The notes beneath the pieces were generated by a model. It had not been told where the DNA came from and ran no database searches. It was given only the letters and a program-made list of their open reading frames with translations. Of a stretch of 64,000 nucleotides of DNA, positions 24,980 to 35,475 are shown piece by piece. The stretch covers positions 2,392 through 66,391 of the forward strand of contig NZ_JAQVBV010000030.1 of assembly GCF_028690125.1 (NCBI RefSeq), read 5' to 3'. Source of the stretch: Bacteroides sp. (lineage in GTDB: Bacteria > Bacteroidota > Bacteroidia > Bacteroidales > Bacteroidaceae). Every line of letters starts with the position of its first letter. Position 1 is the stretch's first letter. Both the position numbers and the translations under genes were made by a program.

Positions 24980-25065
24980 AAACATTCTCTACTCTCTCAC
25001 CTTGCTCAATAATAAACATAAAGAAAATATGTCAGAATCCTACAATCACTATATTTCAGGCACGG

Positions 25066-25118
25066 ATTACGCGAAACACGGTTTCCAGTCAATCAAAGAA
25101 CCGTAAAATCCGCGTAAT
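25066..25118. repeat. Imperfect hairpin of the CGCGGAT/ATCCGCG intergenic family
   Basis: ATTACGCG (25066-25073) pairs with CGCGTAAT (25111-25118). The inner pair is ACGGTT/AACCGT. Shares the AAATCCGCGT word with 16577-16590. Confidence 0.55.
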
Positions 25119-25426
25119 ATCTCCCTAAATAGTTTTTGAACTGGCTTTTCTACTTCTGACACAGCTCCTTTAAAATTTACTCTTGTCACAAAAATAATAA
25201 AGTACCCTTTAAAAGTTGAACAAAAACTTCTAGAGGGTACTTCAATTATATACAATAGGAGGAGTGTTATTTTAAAAAGTTGTTGAGGTATTCTCGTTTT
25301 TTTCTAAAAGTAAAATTACTTCATTTTGGATATTTAGTCCATTTGTTTCTAATTACATTCACCTAAGGAAATTCAAAAATATTGGTTCCTCTTTACCCTA
25401 TCGACAAGAAAATCAATAAGGAAAGT

Positions 25427-28132
25427 TTAATACCACTGAATATTACTCTGCGTCTGACTTCTCTGTTCATACTTCAAATCTTGCAAAATACTTGCATTGG
25501 CACGAATAGTAACATTGTAGTATTTCCAACGGCCGAAGGGAGAAAGGCTGGCTTGTATATTGAAACAGTGCAAGTCACGTGAAATCGTACATGAAGTTTG
25601 CGTTATCTCTTTTGCCTGGAAATCGTAACCAGTATTGAATGAAAGCGACCAGTTATTGGAGATCTTTACATTTCCATTTGCATTAATATTATGAGTGTAA
25701 GTAAACGGATATCGCATAGAATAACGATTAATAGGTTTTGTACGGTCTTCACGAATATTAAACGAATAACTAAAACTTAGAGACCATGGCAATTTAAATA
25801 CCTGATAACCATCCGAGTCCGCTTGTGCTTTTTCAACTTTCTTCTCTTTCTTTCCTCCCTCTAAATCTTCAGAATTTTCATCTCCTTCTTCCGTATCATT
25901 TTTCTTATCATTTTCTACATCATCTTTCGGACCAAACCACTTTTTCCAGGAATCATTATTGAAAGTATAGTTAAAAGAAGAACCATATCCCTGAAAACGT
26001 CCGAAACGTCCATAAGACCATTCTGTACGATTGCCCGTCACTACATTACCATTTTTATCAAAGGTATAAGCATAAGTAGCAAATGATGCGTTCATATTAA
26101 AGGTATAGTTCTTAGTTAGCTTCATACGAATATTCATACTCAAATCACTCCAAGGTCTTTCCTTTGCAGCCATATTGTAAGACATACCCATACCAAAATC
26201 ATCAATCAAACTCACTTTTTTTAATGTATCCTTTTTTGCATCATAATATTTCATTTCCAAGTTGTTCGATACAGAGAAACTAACTGTTCCTGAACCCTCC
26301 CGTGAAGGAACTCCGTATGGCTGTCCGCTAAAAGGTGAATAATACTGTGTTGCTCCATTATAATCAGTGTATTCTTCCCAATATTTACTAAAACCCGGTG
26401 CACCACTAAGACTAACCTGTGGAGTAAAGACGTGACGAATCTGTATCTCTTTTTTCTTCATGAAAAGAGGTTTATACATACCATAAAGCTTAGTACTCAA
26501 ACTCAAACTTGCAGAATAGTTAGATACACGATAGAAACCGTTAATCGTATCATTCAATAGCGGATCTAATTTACGATTCTCCATATCATAAACCTGATCT
26601 ACTTTACGAGTATACCAACGCTCGGTATAATTCACAGATGGAGAAATCTGGAAATACTTGAATAATGTGAAAGTAGCACTAACAGGAATATTATGGTTCA
26701 TTGAATGCTCCCATTCATTAAAGCCCGCTTTGAATAAACGATCGTCTTTAGTACGAATACTATTCGTCAGACGTCCGGAATAGCTCACAGATATCTTCTC
26801 ATACCAACGTTCCGCTCCTGCTGCTTTTTTTCGCTTGAATGGAAACAGACGGCTAAGGGATATATTAAGGTCGGGCAAAGTTACGGCGATAGAAGAATCA
26901 CGCATGGTTTGCGCAATGTTACTGGTTCCTGAGAGTGTCAAACCCAAATCTGGAAAACTACGTGAATAGCTAATACTTGAAGTTTTGGTATTCTGAGTCA
27001 GTAACTGTGAATTATAAAGGTTATTGATATTAGAACGTTCGTAACTACTGGTTGAAAAGTTTACACTAGCTGAGAAGGTACTGTTGGGACTTGCCTTGGC
27101 ATCCTGACGATGATTCCAGACAATCTTAAAGTCTTTGGCAACCGAATAATCAGGCATTCCCTTATCTCCGGTTTTAGTTACCTGATAATCTGCCTGCAAA
27201 GTACCGGAATATTTATAGCGTCTATTATAATTTGTCAATGCGGAAAGCCGCCATGAACCTTTAGTAAATATATCTCCCGTCAGCTTTAAGTCCATCATAT
27301 CACTGATTGCAAAATAATATCCTCCCTCAGCCAAACCAAATCCGCGGCTGGAGTCATCCATATAAGTCGGCATAATGAAACCTGAAGAATAGCTACTGGA
27401 AAATGGAAAGAAAAAGAATGGTAGCGCCAAAGGCAAGGGGACATCCTCTACCACAAGATAAGCAGGTCCTGTTACTACATTCTTCTTGGGACGGACTTTA
27501 GCCTTAGTCAGCTGCATATAGAAGTGAGGATGATCATGATGGTCACAAGTCGTATACCGACCATCCTGCATAAAGATTTCATCATTAGCTCCTTTCTTTG
27601 CCTTATTACCCGTGACGTATCCTTCTCCCTGCTGGGTTACGATATCAGTGATCCCGGCTTTTTTTGACTTGAAGTTATAACGAATCGTTTCTGTATCATA
27701 AGCAGTATCTCCATCCTTAAATACAGGTTTTCCCTTTATTGCTTCTGTAGAGTCTTTAATTCCGTAAGCGTGAACAGTACTACTATCCAGATTCATCGAA
27801 ATTACTTCTGCAGTAAGCTCTATATTCTGATAATTAACCTTTCCACTACCATATAGAGTAGCAGCACCTCCTAAAGTAAAAACAGTAGAGTCGTTAGATT
27901 CGTAAACAACCGGTGCGTCGAGCGGCTGCTTTTTCTTTGCTGGTAGTGAGTCAATACGTACTGTCACCGTATCTGCTCTCAGAGAATCATCCCTCTGTAA
28001 GGAATCCTTTTGTGCAGTGTTGGAGGTAACCATCCCTCTTCTTCGACGTTGGGACATAGCCTCGTCGGGAAGCATCAGTAAGACAATCAGCAGTATGAAT
28101 GATATAATTATTTTTGCTTTCAATGGCGCCAT
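25427..28132 (-). CDS. Putative LPS-assembly outer-membrane protein (LptD/OstA-like, Bacteroidetes type)
   Basis: 901 aa. Has a signal peptide, an N-terminal OstA-like segment and a long beta-barrel-type alternating sequence ending in an aromatic residue (QWY). Confidence 0.65.
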   Translation of the reverse strand: MAPLKAKIIISFILLIVLLMLPDEAMSQRRRRGMVTSNTAQKDSLQRDDSLRADTVTVRIDSLPAKKKQPLDAPVVYESNDSTVFTLGGAATLYGSGKVNYQNIELTAEVISMNLDSSTVHAYGIKDSTEAIKGKPVFKDGDTAYDTETIRYNFKSKKAGITDIVTQQGEGYVTGNKAKKGANDEIFMQDGRYTTCDHHDHPHFYMQLTKAKVRPKKNVVTGPAYLVVEDVPLPLALPFFFFPFSSSYSSGFIMPTYMDDSSRGFGLAEGGYYFAISDMMDLKLTGDIFTKGSWRLSALTNYNRRYKYSGTLQADYQVTKTGDKGMPDYSVAKDFKIVWNHRQDAKASPNSTFSASVNFSTSSYERSNINNLYNSQLLTQNTKTSSISYSRSFPDLGLTLSGTSNIAQTMRDSSIAVTLPDLNISLSRLFPFKRKKAAGAERWYEKISVSYSGRLTNSIRTKDDRLFKAGFNEWEHSMNHNIPVSATFTLFKYFQISPSVNYTERWYTRKVDQVYDMENRKLDPLLNDTINGFYRVSNYSASLSLSTKLYGMYKPLFMKKKEIQIRHVFTPQVSLSGAPGFSKYWEEYTDYNGATQYYSPFSGQPYGVPSREGSGTVSFSVSNNLEMKYYDAKKDTLKKVSLIDDFGMGMSYNMAAKERPWSDLSMNIRMKLTKNYTFNMNASFATYAYTFDKNGNVVTGNRTEWSYGRFGRFQGYGSSFNYTFNNDSWKKWFGPKDDVENDKKNDTEEGDENSEDLEGGKKEKKVEKAQADSDGYQVFKLPWSLSFSYSFNIREDRTKPINRYSMRYPFTYTHNINANGNVKISNNWSLSFNTGYDFQAKEITQTSCTISRDLHCFNIQASLSPFGRWKYYNVTIRANASILQDLKYEQRSQTQSNIQWY

Positions 28133-28221
28133 TAACTAATAGTTTACGCTTGAAGTGGCAAAAGTACATAATCTTCATCAATAATGCGTGCGAATCTTTG
28201 TTATTTAATTATTTTTTAGGG

Positions 28222-28758
28222 CTATAAAAAGAGAGAACACCATCTATTAAACCGTATAAGACCTTCTTCACCATACTTTGCAATACTCTTCCGCGCCTTC
28301 TCCACTGATTTTTCTTCATCCAAACGCGTTTTTGAAAAGAACTTATCGGCAAAACAGATCAACTGCTCTTCCAAACTGACAGGAAGCATATCACGATGAG
28401 GGATAGGAAGTCGCTGTTCTATAATATCCTGCAAGGATAATCCCGCTCCCGTATGACGTTCACAAACCAATGCATGACGAGGAAATCCTTCACTACGCAA
28501 CAAGTCGGCACCTAAATAACCGTGACAGATATAAGGATGGGAACCTAAACAATGTATAGTAGAAGCGTCAGTCTGAAAAATACCAATATCATGCAAAAGC
28601 GCAGCCTCTTTCACAAAATTACGATCCAGAGAAAGCTCGGGATGGGCATCTATTATCTTCATCGCTTTATGAACGACCGCATAACTGTGTATCAATAAAA
28701 TAGACCTCAGGTTACTATCTTGGGGATAATATTTATCAATGATGGAATTTGGATTCAT
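28222..28758 (-). CDS. HD-domain (HDIG-type) phosphohydrolase
   Basis: Contains H...LLHDIG and later ERHTGAG motifs. 178 aa. Confidence 0.8.
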   Translation of the reverse strand: MNPNSIIDKYYPQDSNLRSILLIHSYAVVHKAMKIIDAHPELSLDRNFVKEAALLHDIGIFQTDASTIHCLGSHPYICHGYLGADLLRSEGFPRHALVCERHTGAGLSLQDIIEQRLPIPHRDMLPVSLEEQLICFADKFFSKTRLDEEKSVEKARKSIAKYGEEGLIRFNRWCSLFL

Positions 28759-28833
28759 ATTCTTTACTATTTATAACTTGGTTTCCTAGGGATAAATGAA
28801 TATTTTTGTGCAATATTACAAAAAGTTACTGAT

Positions 28834-30000
28834 ATGCAAACAAGAATCGTCCTCATTCTTTCATTACTGGCATTCATCGCCTTTCCAACGTTGATTAGTG
28901 GCAAGGTAGTAATTACAGGAGCTGAACGTACCGAGCAATATCTGCCGTTACTCAAAGGAAAACGGGTGGGAATGGTCGTAAACCATACTTCTATCGTTGG
29001 TCCAAAATACACTCACTTATTAGACACTCTATTGAAGTTAGATGTTCAGGTGGTTCAGGTATTTGCACCAGAACACGGTTTTCGTGGAAACGCAGATGCA
29101 GGAGAAACTGTGAAAGACGGTAAGGACAGCCGTACCGGAATACCAATCGTTTCGCTTTATGGAAACAATAAAAAACCTACTGCTGTACAATTGAAGAACA
29201 TAGATCTTATTTTATTTGACATCCAGGATGTAGGAGCGCGGTTTTATACATATATAAGTACTATGTTTTATGTAATGGAAGCCTGTGCCGAAAATCAAAA
29301 AGAACTAATTGTACTCGATCGTCCAAACCCATGTGATTACGTAGAGGGTCCCATATTAAAACCTGCCTATCAGAGCTTTGTGGGTATGTTACCCATTCCG
29401 GTCCTGCATGGTTGCACTGTAGGTGAACTGGCGAAAATGATTAATGGGCAAGGATGGATGACAACAACTAAAAAGACATGTCCGCTAACTGTTATTACAA
29501 TGAAAGGATGGGAACATGGACAACCATACATACTCCCCGTAAAACCTTCTCCCAATTTACCGAATGCACAATCTATCCGATTATACGCTTCCCTCTGTCC
29601 TTTCGAAGCAACTCAAATAAGTGTAGGACGCGGAACAATTTTTCCTTTTCAAATATTAGGTGCACCTGATAAAAAGTATGGAAACTTCACTTTTACTCCC
29701 CAATCCTTACCCGGATTCGATAAGAATCCAATGCACAAAGGAATACTTTGTTATGGAGAAGATTTACGCAGCGTAGCAGATGTAAATGGATTTACACTCC
29801 GATATTTCCTTCATTTTTACCAACTATCCTGCAAAGGAGAATCTTTCTTTTCACGTGCCCGTTGGTTCGACTTACTCATGGGGACAGATTCTGTCCGTAA
29901 AGCAATCCTGAAAGGTGAATCAGAACAAGAAATCCAAAACAGCTGGAAAAAGGAACTACAAACGTATCAAATCATGAGGAAAAAATACCTATTGTACTAA
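28834..30000 (+). CDS. DUF1343 family protein (exo-beta-N-acetylmuramidase NamZ-like)
   Basis: Signal peptide. The VGMVVNHTS motif and size are typical of DUF1343. Confidence 0.8.
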   Translation: MQTRIVLILSLLAFIAFPTLISGKVVITGAERTEQYLPLLKGKRVGMVVNHTSIVGPKYTHLLDTLLKLDVQVVQVFAPEHGFRGNADAGETVKDGKDSRTGIPIVSLYGNNKKPTAVQLKNIDLILFDIQDVGARFYTYISTMFYVMEACAENQKELIVLDRPNPCDYVEGPILKPAYQSFVGMLPIPVLHGCTVGELAKMINGQGWMTTTKKTCPLTVITMKGWEHGQPYILPVKPSPNLPNAQSIRLYASLCPFEATQISVGRGTIFPFQILGAPDKKYGNFTFTPQSLPGFDKNPMHKGILCYGEDLRSVADVNGFTLRYFLHFYQLSCKGESFFSRARWFDLLMGTDSVRKAILKGESEQEIQNSWKKELQTYQIMRKKYLLY

Positions 30001-31344
30001 AGAACGTTTACGCCATTTTTCAGCACTCTGTTCAAATTCTTCTGCTTTTTTCCCCGTCAGCCAGGGCATCTCTAATATTTCAGGGATGTCCTGACCCCGA
30101 TCTAAGACCAGAATACCGGAAGCATTTTTTACAATCTGTATATCATCATATAACGAGTCATTTTCCAAGAATGCTTCCAGATGAAGAGTATCACCTTTTA
30201 CATCAATATTCTGATAGAAACGATGATTGGTTCCGAAACGGTCATATTTATCATTAAATTCCAATCGATACCCTTTCGGAGAAGCATGACTTACTAAATA
30301 AACAGGAATAGTCATTTTACCATCACTTTCTTTATTTGTCATACGGGCATAGTTATGTTCATGCCCCTGAAGTACTAAATCAACTCCGTATTCTCTAAAT
30401 AAAGAATCGAACATCCAACGCACCGGCAGATTATTCGTCTTTCCTTTAATAGAATATACGGGATGATGCAACATTACAATTTTCCATTTCTTATCTGAAT
30501 TCTTCAATGTTTTTTCCAACCACTCACGTTGTGAAAATAAAAACCAAGGATCACGGTTGGTGTCGAGAGTAATAATGGTAGCATCCTTGTAATCGATAGA
30601 AAATACATTGTTATTCTTATATTCGGATTCTAACAAATAAGAAAAGGAATAATTAAAACGTTGCTCCAGAGTCCGTACAATTCCTTTGACATACTCATGA
30701 TTTCCGGGAGAAACCAATAAAGGCTTACTGGGAGCGATGGAATCAACACTCCGATAGGCTTCCTCCCAATAGCAATTCATTGGACGTTCAACAAAGTCAC
30801 CGGCAAACATATAAAAGTCTGTTTGTGGAAAACGATTACGTACGTTTTCTATAAAATCACGTGTCTTCCCACGTAATGTATCCTGCACATCACCTATAAA
30901 AATAAAAGAAAAATGATCCGTTGAATCAGGCTGCATCGTAAATGAGTACCAATCAGAAGCACGATCATCATTCCATACTCGATAGGAATAAGAGTCTCCA
31001 TAAGCAAGATTCTTAAACTTTGCCCAATTAGCATAGCCAAAGCCACCTAAAGTTTTGAGAAATTTAGATGAACCATCAATTAGAAGAGTATCTCCTGAAC
31101 CTATCTTTGTATATTCTAATTTTGCCTCTTTAGAAATTCCTCCACACACCCAACTTACGTTTCGAGAAAGTTCACCGTTATTTCCAAAAGTCAAAATCAC
31201 CCGTTGTGGCTCATTGGTAAGCACGTAACTTATCTCAGGTATATTATAGAACCATACTTTCCAACGTATTTTACAAAGAATGCCTCCTGCGATTAATATG
31301 AGGAAAACAAATCCCCAGATTATTTTCTTCTTGCTTACTCTCAT
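29989..31344 (-). CDS. Metallophosphoesterase (purple-acid-phosphatase-like) with N-terminal TM anchor
   Basis: Contains FIGDVQD, AGDFVE, GNHEY, LHHPV and GHEHNY motifs. Confidence 0.8.
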   Translation of the reverse strand: MRVSKKKIIWGFVFLILIAGGILCKIRWKVWFYNIPEISYVLTNEPQRVILTFGNNGELSRNVSWVCGGISKEAKLEYTKIGSGDTLLIDGSSKFLKTLGGFGYANWAKFKNLAYGDSYSYRVWNDDRASDWYSFTMQPDSTDHFSFIFIGDVQDTLRGKTRDFIENVRNRFPQTDFYMFAGDFVERPMNCYWEEAYRSVDSIAPSKPLLVSPGNHEYVKGIVRTLEQRFNYSFSYLLESEYKNNNVFSIDYKDATIITLDTNRDPWFLFSQREWLEKTLKNSDKKWKIVMLHHPVYSIKGKTNNLPVRWMFDSLFREYGVDLVLQGHEHNYARMTNKESDGKMTIPVYLVSHASPKGYRLEFNDKYDRFGTNHRFYQNIDVKGDTLHLEAFLENDSLYDDIQIVKNASGILVLDRGQDIPEILEMPWLTGKKAEEFEQSAEKWRKRSLVQ

Positions 31345-31874
31345 TGTCTTTTTTTTATAACTGGAACAAAGATAAAGATAGTGTTCTAGAAATCAGAGAA
31401 AATGTTCTTTTTTTAACCATTTTAATAGAAGAAATAGATCAAAACCAAACTTTCCGAAACAGGTTGTAAACATCATAAAAAGCCCCTATGGCAATTTTCA
31501 TATTAAAATAAAGCAAATGTACCACAACCTTATCTTAAAAAAAGACTTTCCCGAAGCTTCCATTCGGATACCAATTGTTTTTACTTTTTCTGTAAATAAA
31601 TTTATCCTTCACATTATTTAAAAAGTATATTAATAAAAATATAACCGTACATCGTTTCCATGAAAAATTAGACAATTGAGATAAAATATCCGTTATTCGG
31701 TGAACAAGCCAAACACATTTAAAAAGTCAGCCTTAGATTATCAGGCTATTAACAATATCTGATGTTAGTTGAAGTGATTTCAATAAATATAATCTTTTAA
31801 ATTTCAGAGCAACATATACAAAAAACAGAAAGAAGAAAAAGGACCACAGAAAATTAAATATCAACAGTTTATCT

Positions 31875-32828
31875 TTATGATTTCATTTCTTTCTTTCGCT
31901 TTTTCCATAGCTGATAGCTATTTATAAGGTTTTGCCACAAGACATAAGATCCCGGGCCAACAGAAGCAAGAGGATTAAGATATGTATAAGCCATCCAAAT
32001 AGCTAATACCGTATTTTTTTGTCCTAATGCTTGTCCACCACTAATACGTTCTTTATAGTACCCACCAATACGCTTTCCAAAATAGAACTGAACACAACAA
32101 GTAACTAATCCGGCCAAAGCAATAAGAAGTTTCACTGATCCTGCTGCATCACTATTAACCAGTGAACGAACAGTCTGACCGGATACAATTGCCAAAGCTA
32201 TCCCCCAAAGATAAAAAGCCAAATTAGTGAAATTAGCCAAATATTCCCGCACTTTAGGTAAAAAAGTCCGAAGTAAACAAGCTACGATGAAAGGACAAAG
32301 TAATAATGGAAAGACTTTAATAAGAATACGTGAACAAGCTGTCAAAAAGCTAATATTTGTATGTACCTCAACAATTGGAAATAACAAAGGAACAATCACT
32401 GCTGCCAAAATATTAGACAGTAAAGTATAAGTAGTCAAACTTCCGGCATTCCCACCCAGTTTTCCGGTTATTACAGCTGCAGCCGTAGCTGTAGGGCAGA
32501 TCAAACAAACCATTCCACCTTCAAACACTTCACGATACACTTCGGGCATCGGGACATAAACCAAAATTACTGCTACAAGCAAACAAGATACAAACTGAAA
32601 CAGCAGTAACCACCAATGCCATGAAACAGGTTTCAATTCTCTAGGCTCAACTTTGCAAAATGTCAGCAGTAACTGAGCAAAAATTAAAAAGGGAGTCAAG
32701 ACAGATACACTTGTCCACACTGCCGTTTTTGCCGGAGCCAGAAACGAAACGTGTGCAAACAGGAAATAAATAACTGTTCCTACCAGCATTGCAACGGGTA
32801 ATGTCCAATTTTTCAAAAACTTAAGCAT
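31875..32828 (-). CDS. Integral membrane transporter (bile acid:Na+ symporter-like fold?)
   Basis: About 9-10 TM segments. The preferred start is MLKFLKNWTLPV at 32828. The family assignment is tentative. Confidence 0.55.
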   Translation of the reverse strand: MLKFLKNWTLPVAMLVGTVIYFLFAHVSFLAPAKTAVWTSVSVLTPFLIFAQLLLTFCKVEPRELKPVSWHWWLLLFQFVSCLLVAVILVYVPMPEVYREVFEGGMVCLICPTATAAAVITGKLGGNAGSLTTYTLLSNILAAVIVPLLFPIVEVHTNISFLTACSRILIKVFPLLLCPFIVACLLRTFLPKVREYLANFTNLAFYLWGIALAIVSGQTVRSLVNSDAAGSVKLLIALAGLVTCCVQFYFGKRIGGYYKERISGGQALGQKNTVLAIWMAYTYLNPLASVGPGSYVLWQNLINSYQLWKKRKKEMKS

Positions 32829-32946
32829 TGCTGTATTTTTTATCTTCGGGGCGCAAAGTAACGGAGTTTTCAGGAAAAAAGCTACCATTAAACCGAAAAA
32901 AACACAAAACTTAATAGTAAATCATAAGTTTTCTGCAAAATTCTAC

Positions 32947-32954
32947 TACATTTG
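32947..32954 (+). promoter_or_regulatory. Bacteroides -7 promoter box TACATTTG
   Basis: Matches TAnnTTTG, 15 nt upstream of the ATG at 32969. Confidence 0.5.
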
Positions 32955-32968
32955 CACCGTATTTAAAT

Positions 32969-34222
32969 ATGAAACTAAATAGATCCTACATATTATATAT
33001 ATCTGTTTGCCTTTGGCTACTTACATTTCCCCTATGTACCAGCAACCTATGGGGGCAAAATTTTACTGTCGTTATCGATGCCGGACATGGAGGACATGAC
33101 CCCGGTGCTATAGGGAAAATATCTAAAGAAAAAAATATCAATCTGAACGTCGCACTGAAACTGGGTAATCTGATAAAAAGGAATTGTGACGATGTGAAAT
33201 TAATTTATACACGTACAAAAGATGTCTTCATCCCATTGGACCGCCGAGCTGAAATTGCCAATAATGCTAAAGCCGATCTTTTTATCTCCATTCATACCAA
33301 TGCTTTAGCTAACAATCGAACCGCAAAAGGTGCCTCTACTTGGACATTAGGTTTGGCTAAATCCGAGGCTAATCTGGATGTAGCAAAACGAGAAAACTCT
33401 GTAATCCTTTATGAGAGTGATTATCAGACCCGTTATGCCGGCTTTAATCCGAACTCTGCAGAATCATATATTATCTTTGAGTTTATGCAGGACAAATATA
33501 TGGAGCAAAGTGTGCATTTAGCTTCATTGGTACAGAAGCAGTTTCGTCATACTTGTAGCCGAGTAGACCGAGGAGTACACCAAGCAGGTTTTCTTGTTTT
33601 AAAAGCCAGTGCGATGCCAAGTATACTTGTAGAACTAGGTTTTATCTCCACCCCGGAAGAGGAGCGTTATCTAAATTCTGATAACGGAACAAGCATATTA
33701 GCAAAAGGGATTTATAATGCTTTCTTAAACTACAAAAGAGAACATGAACTACGACTGACCGGAACTAGTAAAACCATTATCCCGACCGAGCAGGAAGAAC
33801 ATGAAAATGAACCGGTTATTGTTCAAACAACCAATGATTCGGAAAACGTTGTATTAACCGAGGAACTTGTAGCCGAAACTAAAACTCGTCCTGCTACCTC
33901 TAAAACGACCTCATATCCTGTGGCATCAGAGAGCACAACAAATGACAGTGAGATAACGTTTAAAGTACAAATTCTCACTTCTTCAAAGCCTATCTCAAAA
34001 AACGACAAACAGTTGAAAGGACTAAAAGAAGTAGATTATTACAAAGAGAAAGGGATTTATAAGTATACCTACGGTGCCTCTACTGATTATAATAAGGTAT
34101 TGCGTACCAAACGTACTATTACTCCACAATTCAAGGATGCATTTATAATTGCTTTCAGGAATGGCGAGAAAATGAATATCAATGAGGCAATTGCCGAATT
34201 TAAAAAGAGAAAAAATAAATAA
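32969..34222 (+). CDS. N-acetylmuramoyl-L-alanine amidase (Amidase_3) with C-terminal SPOR-like domain
   Basis: VVIDAGHGGHDPGA and ISIHTNA motifs. The C-terminal FKVQILTSSKP...YKYTYGAS region is SPOR-like. Confidence 0.9.
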   Translation: MKLNRSYILYISVCLWLLTFPLCTSNLWGQNFTVVIDAGHGGHDPGAIGKISKEKNINLNVALKLGNLIKRNCDDVKLIYTRTKDVFIPLDRRAEIANNAKADLFISIHTNALANNRTAKGASTWTLGLAKSEANLDVAKRENSVILYESDYQTRYAGFNPNSAESYIIFEFMQDKYMEQSVHLASLVQKQFRHTCSRVDRGVHQAGFLVLKASAMPSILVELGFISTPEEERYLNSDNGTSILAKGIYNAFLNYKREHELRLTGTSKTIIPTEQEEHENEPVIVQTTNDSENVVLTEELVAETKTRPATSKTTSYPVASESTTNDSEITFKVQILTSSKPISKNDKQLKGLKEVDYYKEKGIYKYTYGASTDYNKVLRTKRTITPQFKDAFIIAFRNGEKMNINEAIAEFKKRKNK

Positions 34223-34230
34223 AAAATAAA

Positions 34231-35124
34231 ATGAAGTACATTACAAAAGAAGTCAGAATAGGTATTGCAGGTATCGTAGCTCTATGTGTGCTTGTATATG
34301 GAATTAATTGGCTAAAAGGAATCCAGATGTTTCATCCTTCAACCTATTTTTATGCCAAGTTTAATAATGTAAATGGATTGACCAAATCAAGTCCAGTATT
34401 TGCTGATGGCGTTCGTGTAGGTATCGTACGAGAAATTTATTATGACTATTCCAAGCCGGGAAACGTAATTGTGGAAGTTGAACTCGATACAGAATTACGT
34501 ATTCCTAAAGGAAGTACTGCCGAACTTGTATCGGAATTGATGGGAGGTGTCCGCATGAATATTCTTTTGGCAAATAATCCACGAGAGAAATATGCTATAG
34601 GAGATACCATTCCGGGAACATTAAATAACGGAATGATGGAAAATGTAGCCAAACTTATGCCCAAAGTAGAGCAGATGTTACCCAAATTAGATTCTATCCT
34701 TACTTCCTTAAATAATACTTTAAACGACAAGAGTATTCCTGCGACTCTACATTCGATGGAAACAATTACAGCCAATCTTGCTGTAGTTAGTTCACAAATG
34801 AGAGGATTTATGAGCAAAGATATCCCACAGCTCACAGGAAAGCTGAATACTATTGGGGATAATTTTGTAACTGTCAGTAATAATTTAAAGGGTATAGACT
34901 ATGCTGCCACTTTTAAACAGATAGACGAAACGCTAGCAAACGTAAAAGTTCTTACAGAGAAGTTAAATAGCAAAGACAATACATTAGGTTTATTATTTAA
35001 TGATCCATCTTTATATAATAACTTAAATGCAACCTCCGTTAATGCTGCAAGTTTGTTGGAAGATCTAAAGGCACATCCTAAACGCTATGTCCATTTTTCA
35101 TTATTCGGTAAAAAAGACAAGTAG
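34231..35124 (+). CDS. MlaD/MCE-domain protein
   Basis: N-terminal TM, an MCE-like beta region (VFADGVRVGIVREI) and a helical C-terminal half. Confidence 0.75.
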   Translation: MKYITKEVRIGIAGIVALCVLVYGINWLKGIQMFHPSTYFYAKFNNVNGLTKSSPVFADGVRVGIVREIYYDYSKPGNVIVEVELDTELRIPKGSTAELVSELMGGVRMNILLANNPREKYAIGDTIPGTLNNGMMENVAKLMPKVEQMLPKLDSILTSLNNTLNDKSIPATLHSMETITANLAVVSSQMRGFMSKDIPQLTGKLNTIGDNFVTVSNNLKGIDYAATFKQIDETLANVKVLTEKLNSKDNTLGLLFNDPSLYNNLNATSVNAASLLEDLKAHPKRYVHFSLFGKKDK

Positions 35125-35475
35125 TAGCAGATTTCTTATGTAGAATTACTCTAAATAAAGAAATACTATATAAAAAAAGACTAATAAGCTGAAATGTCTA
35201 TCTATAAACCGAAACAATATTCTTAAACAAGTATAGAGTAGTAAAAAAAACGAAAGGAAATAAGTATATAACAAAATAGCAATCAAGCACTTACAATAGT
35301 ACAATTGCGATCAGTCAGAGAGCTTTCAGACAGAGAAAGATAAGTCACTGAAAGTAAACGTATTATTAATTGTTCAATAAAAACAAGAAAAAATTGATTT
35401 GTTTATTTCGAATAAGATTCCCAATTTTGCAACCGTAGAAGTTTTGCTTAATTAATAAAATGTATTAAAGTCACT

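Noticed and set aside
25067-25255. 62-aa minus-strand ORF downstream of ung
   Set aside because: It spans the imperfect hairpin repeat at 25066-25118. It has no promoter box or RBS-like context and no recognisable domain.
28767-29012. 81-aa minus-strand ORF overlapping the start of the NamZ-like gene
   Set aside because: It overlaps the signal peptide and conserved N-terminus of the DUF1343 gene in antisense, and has no motif.
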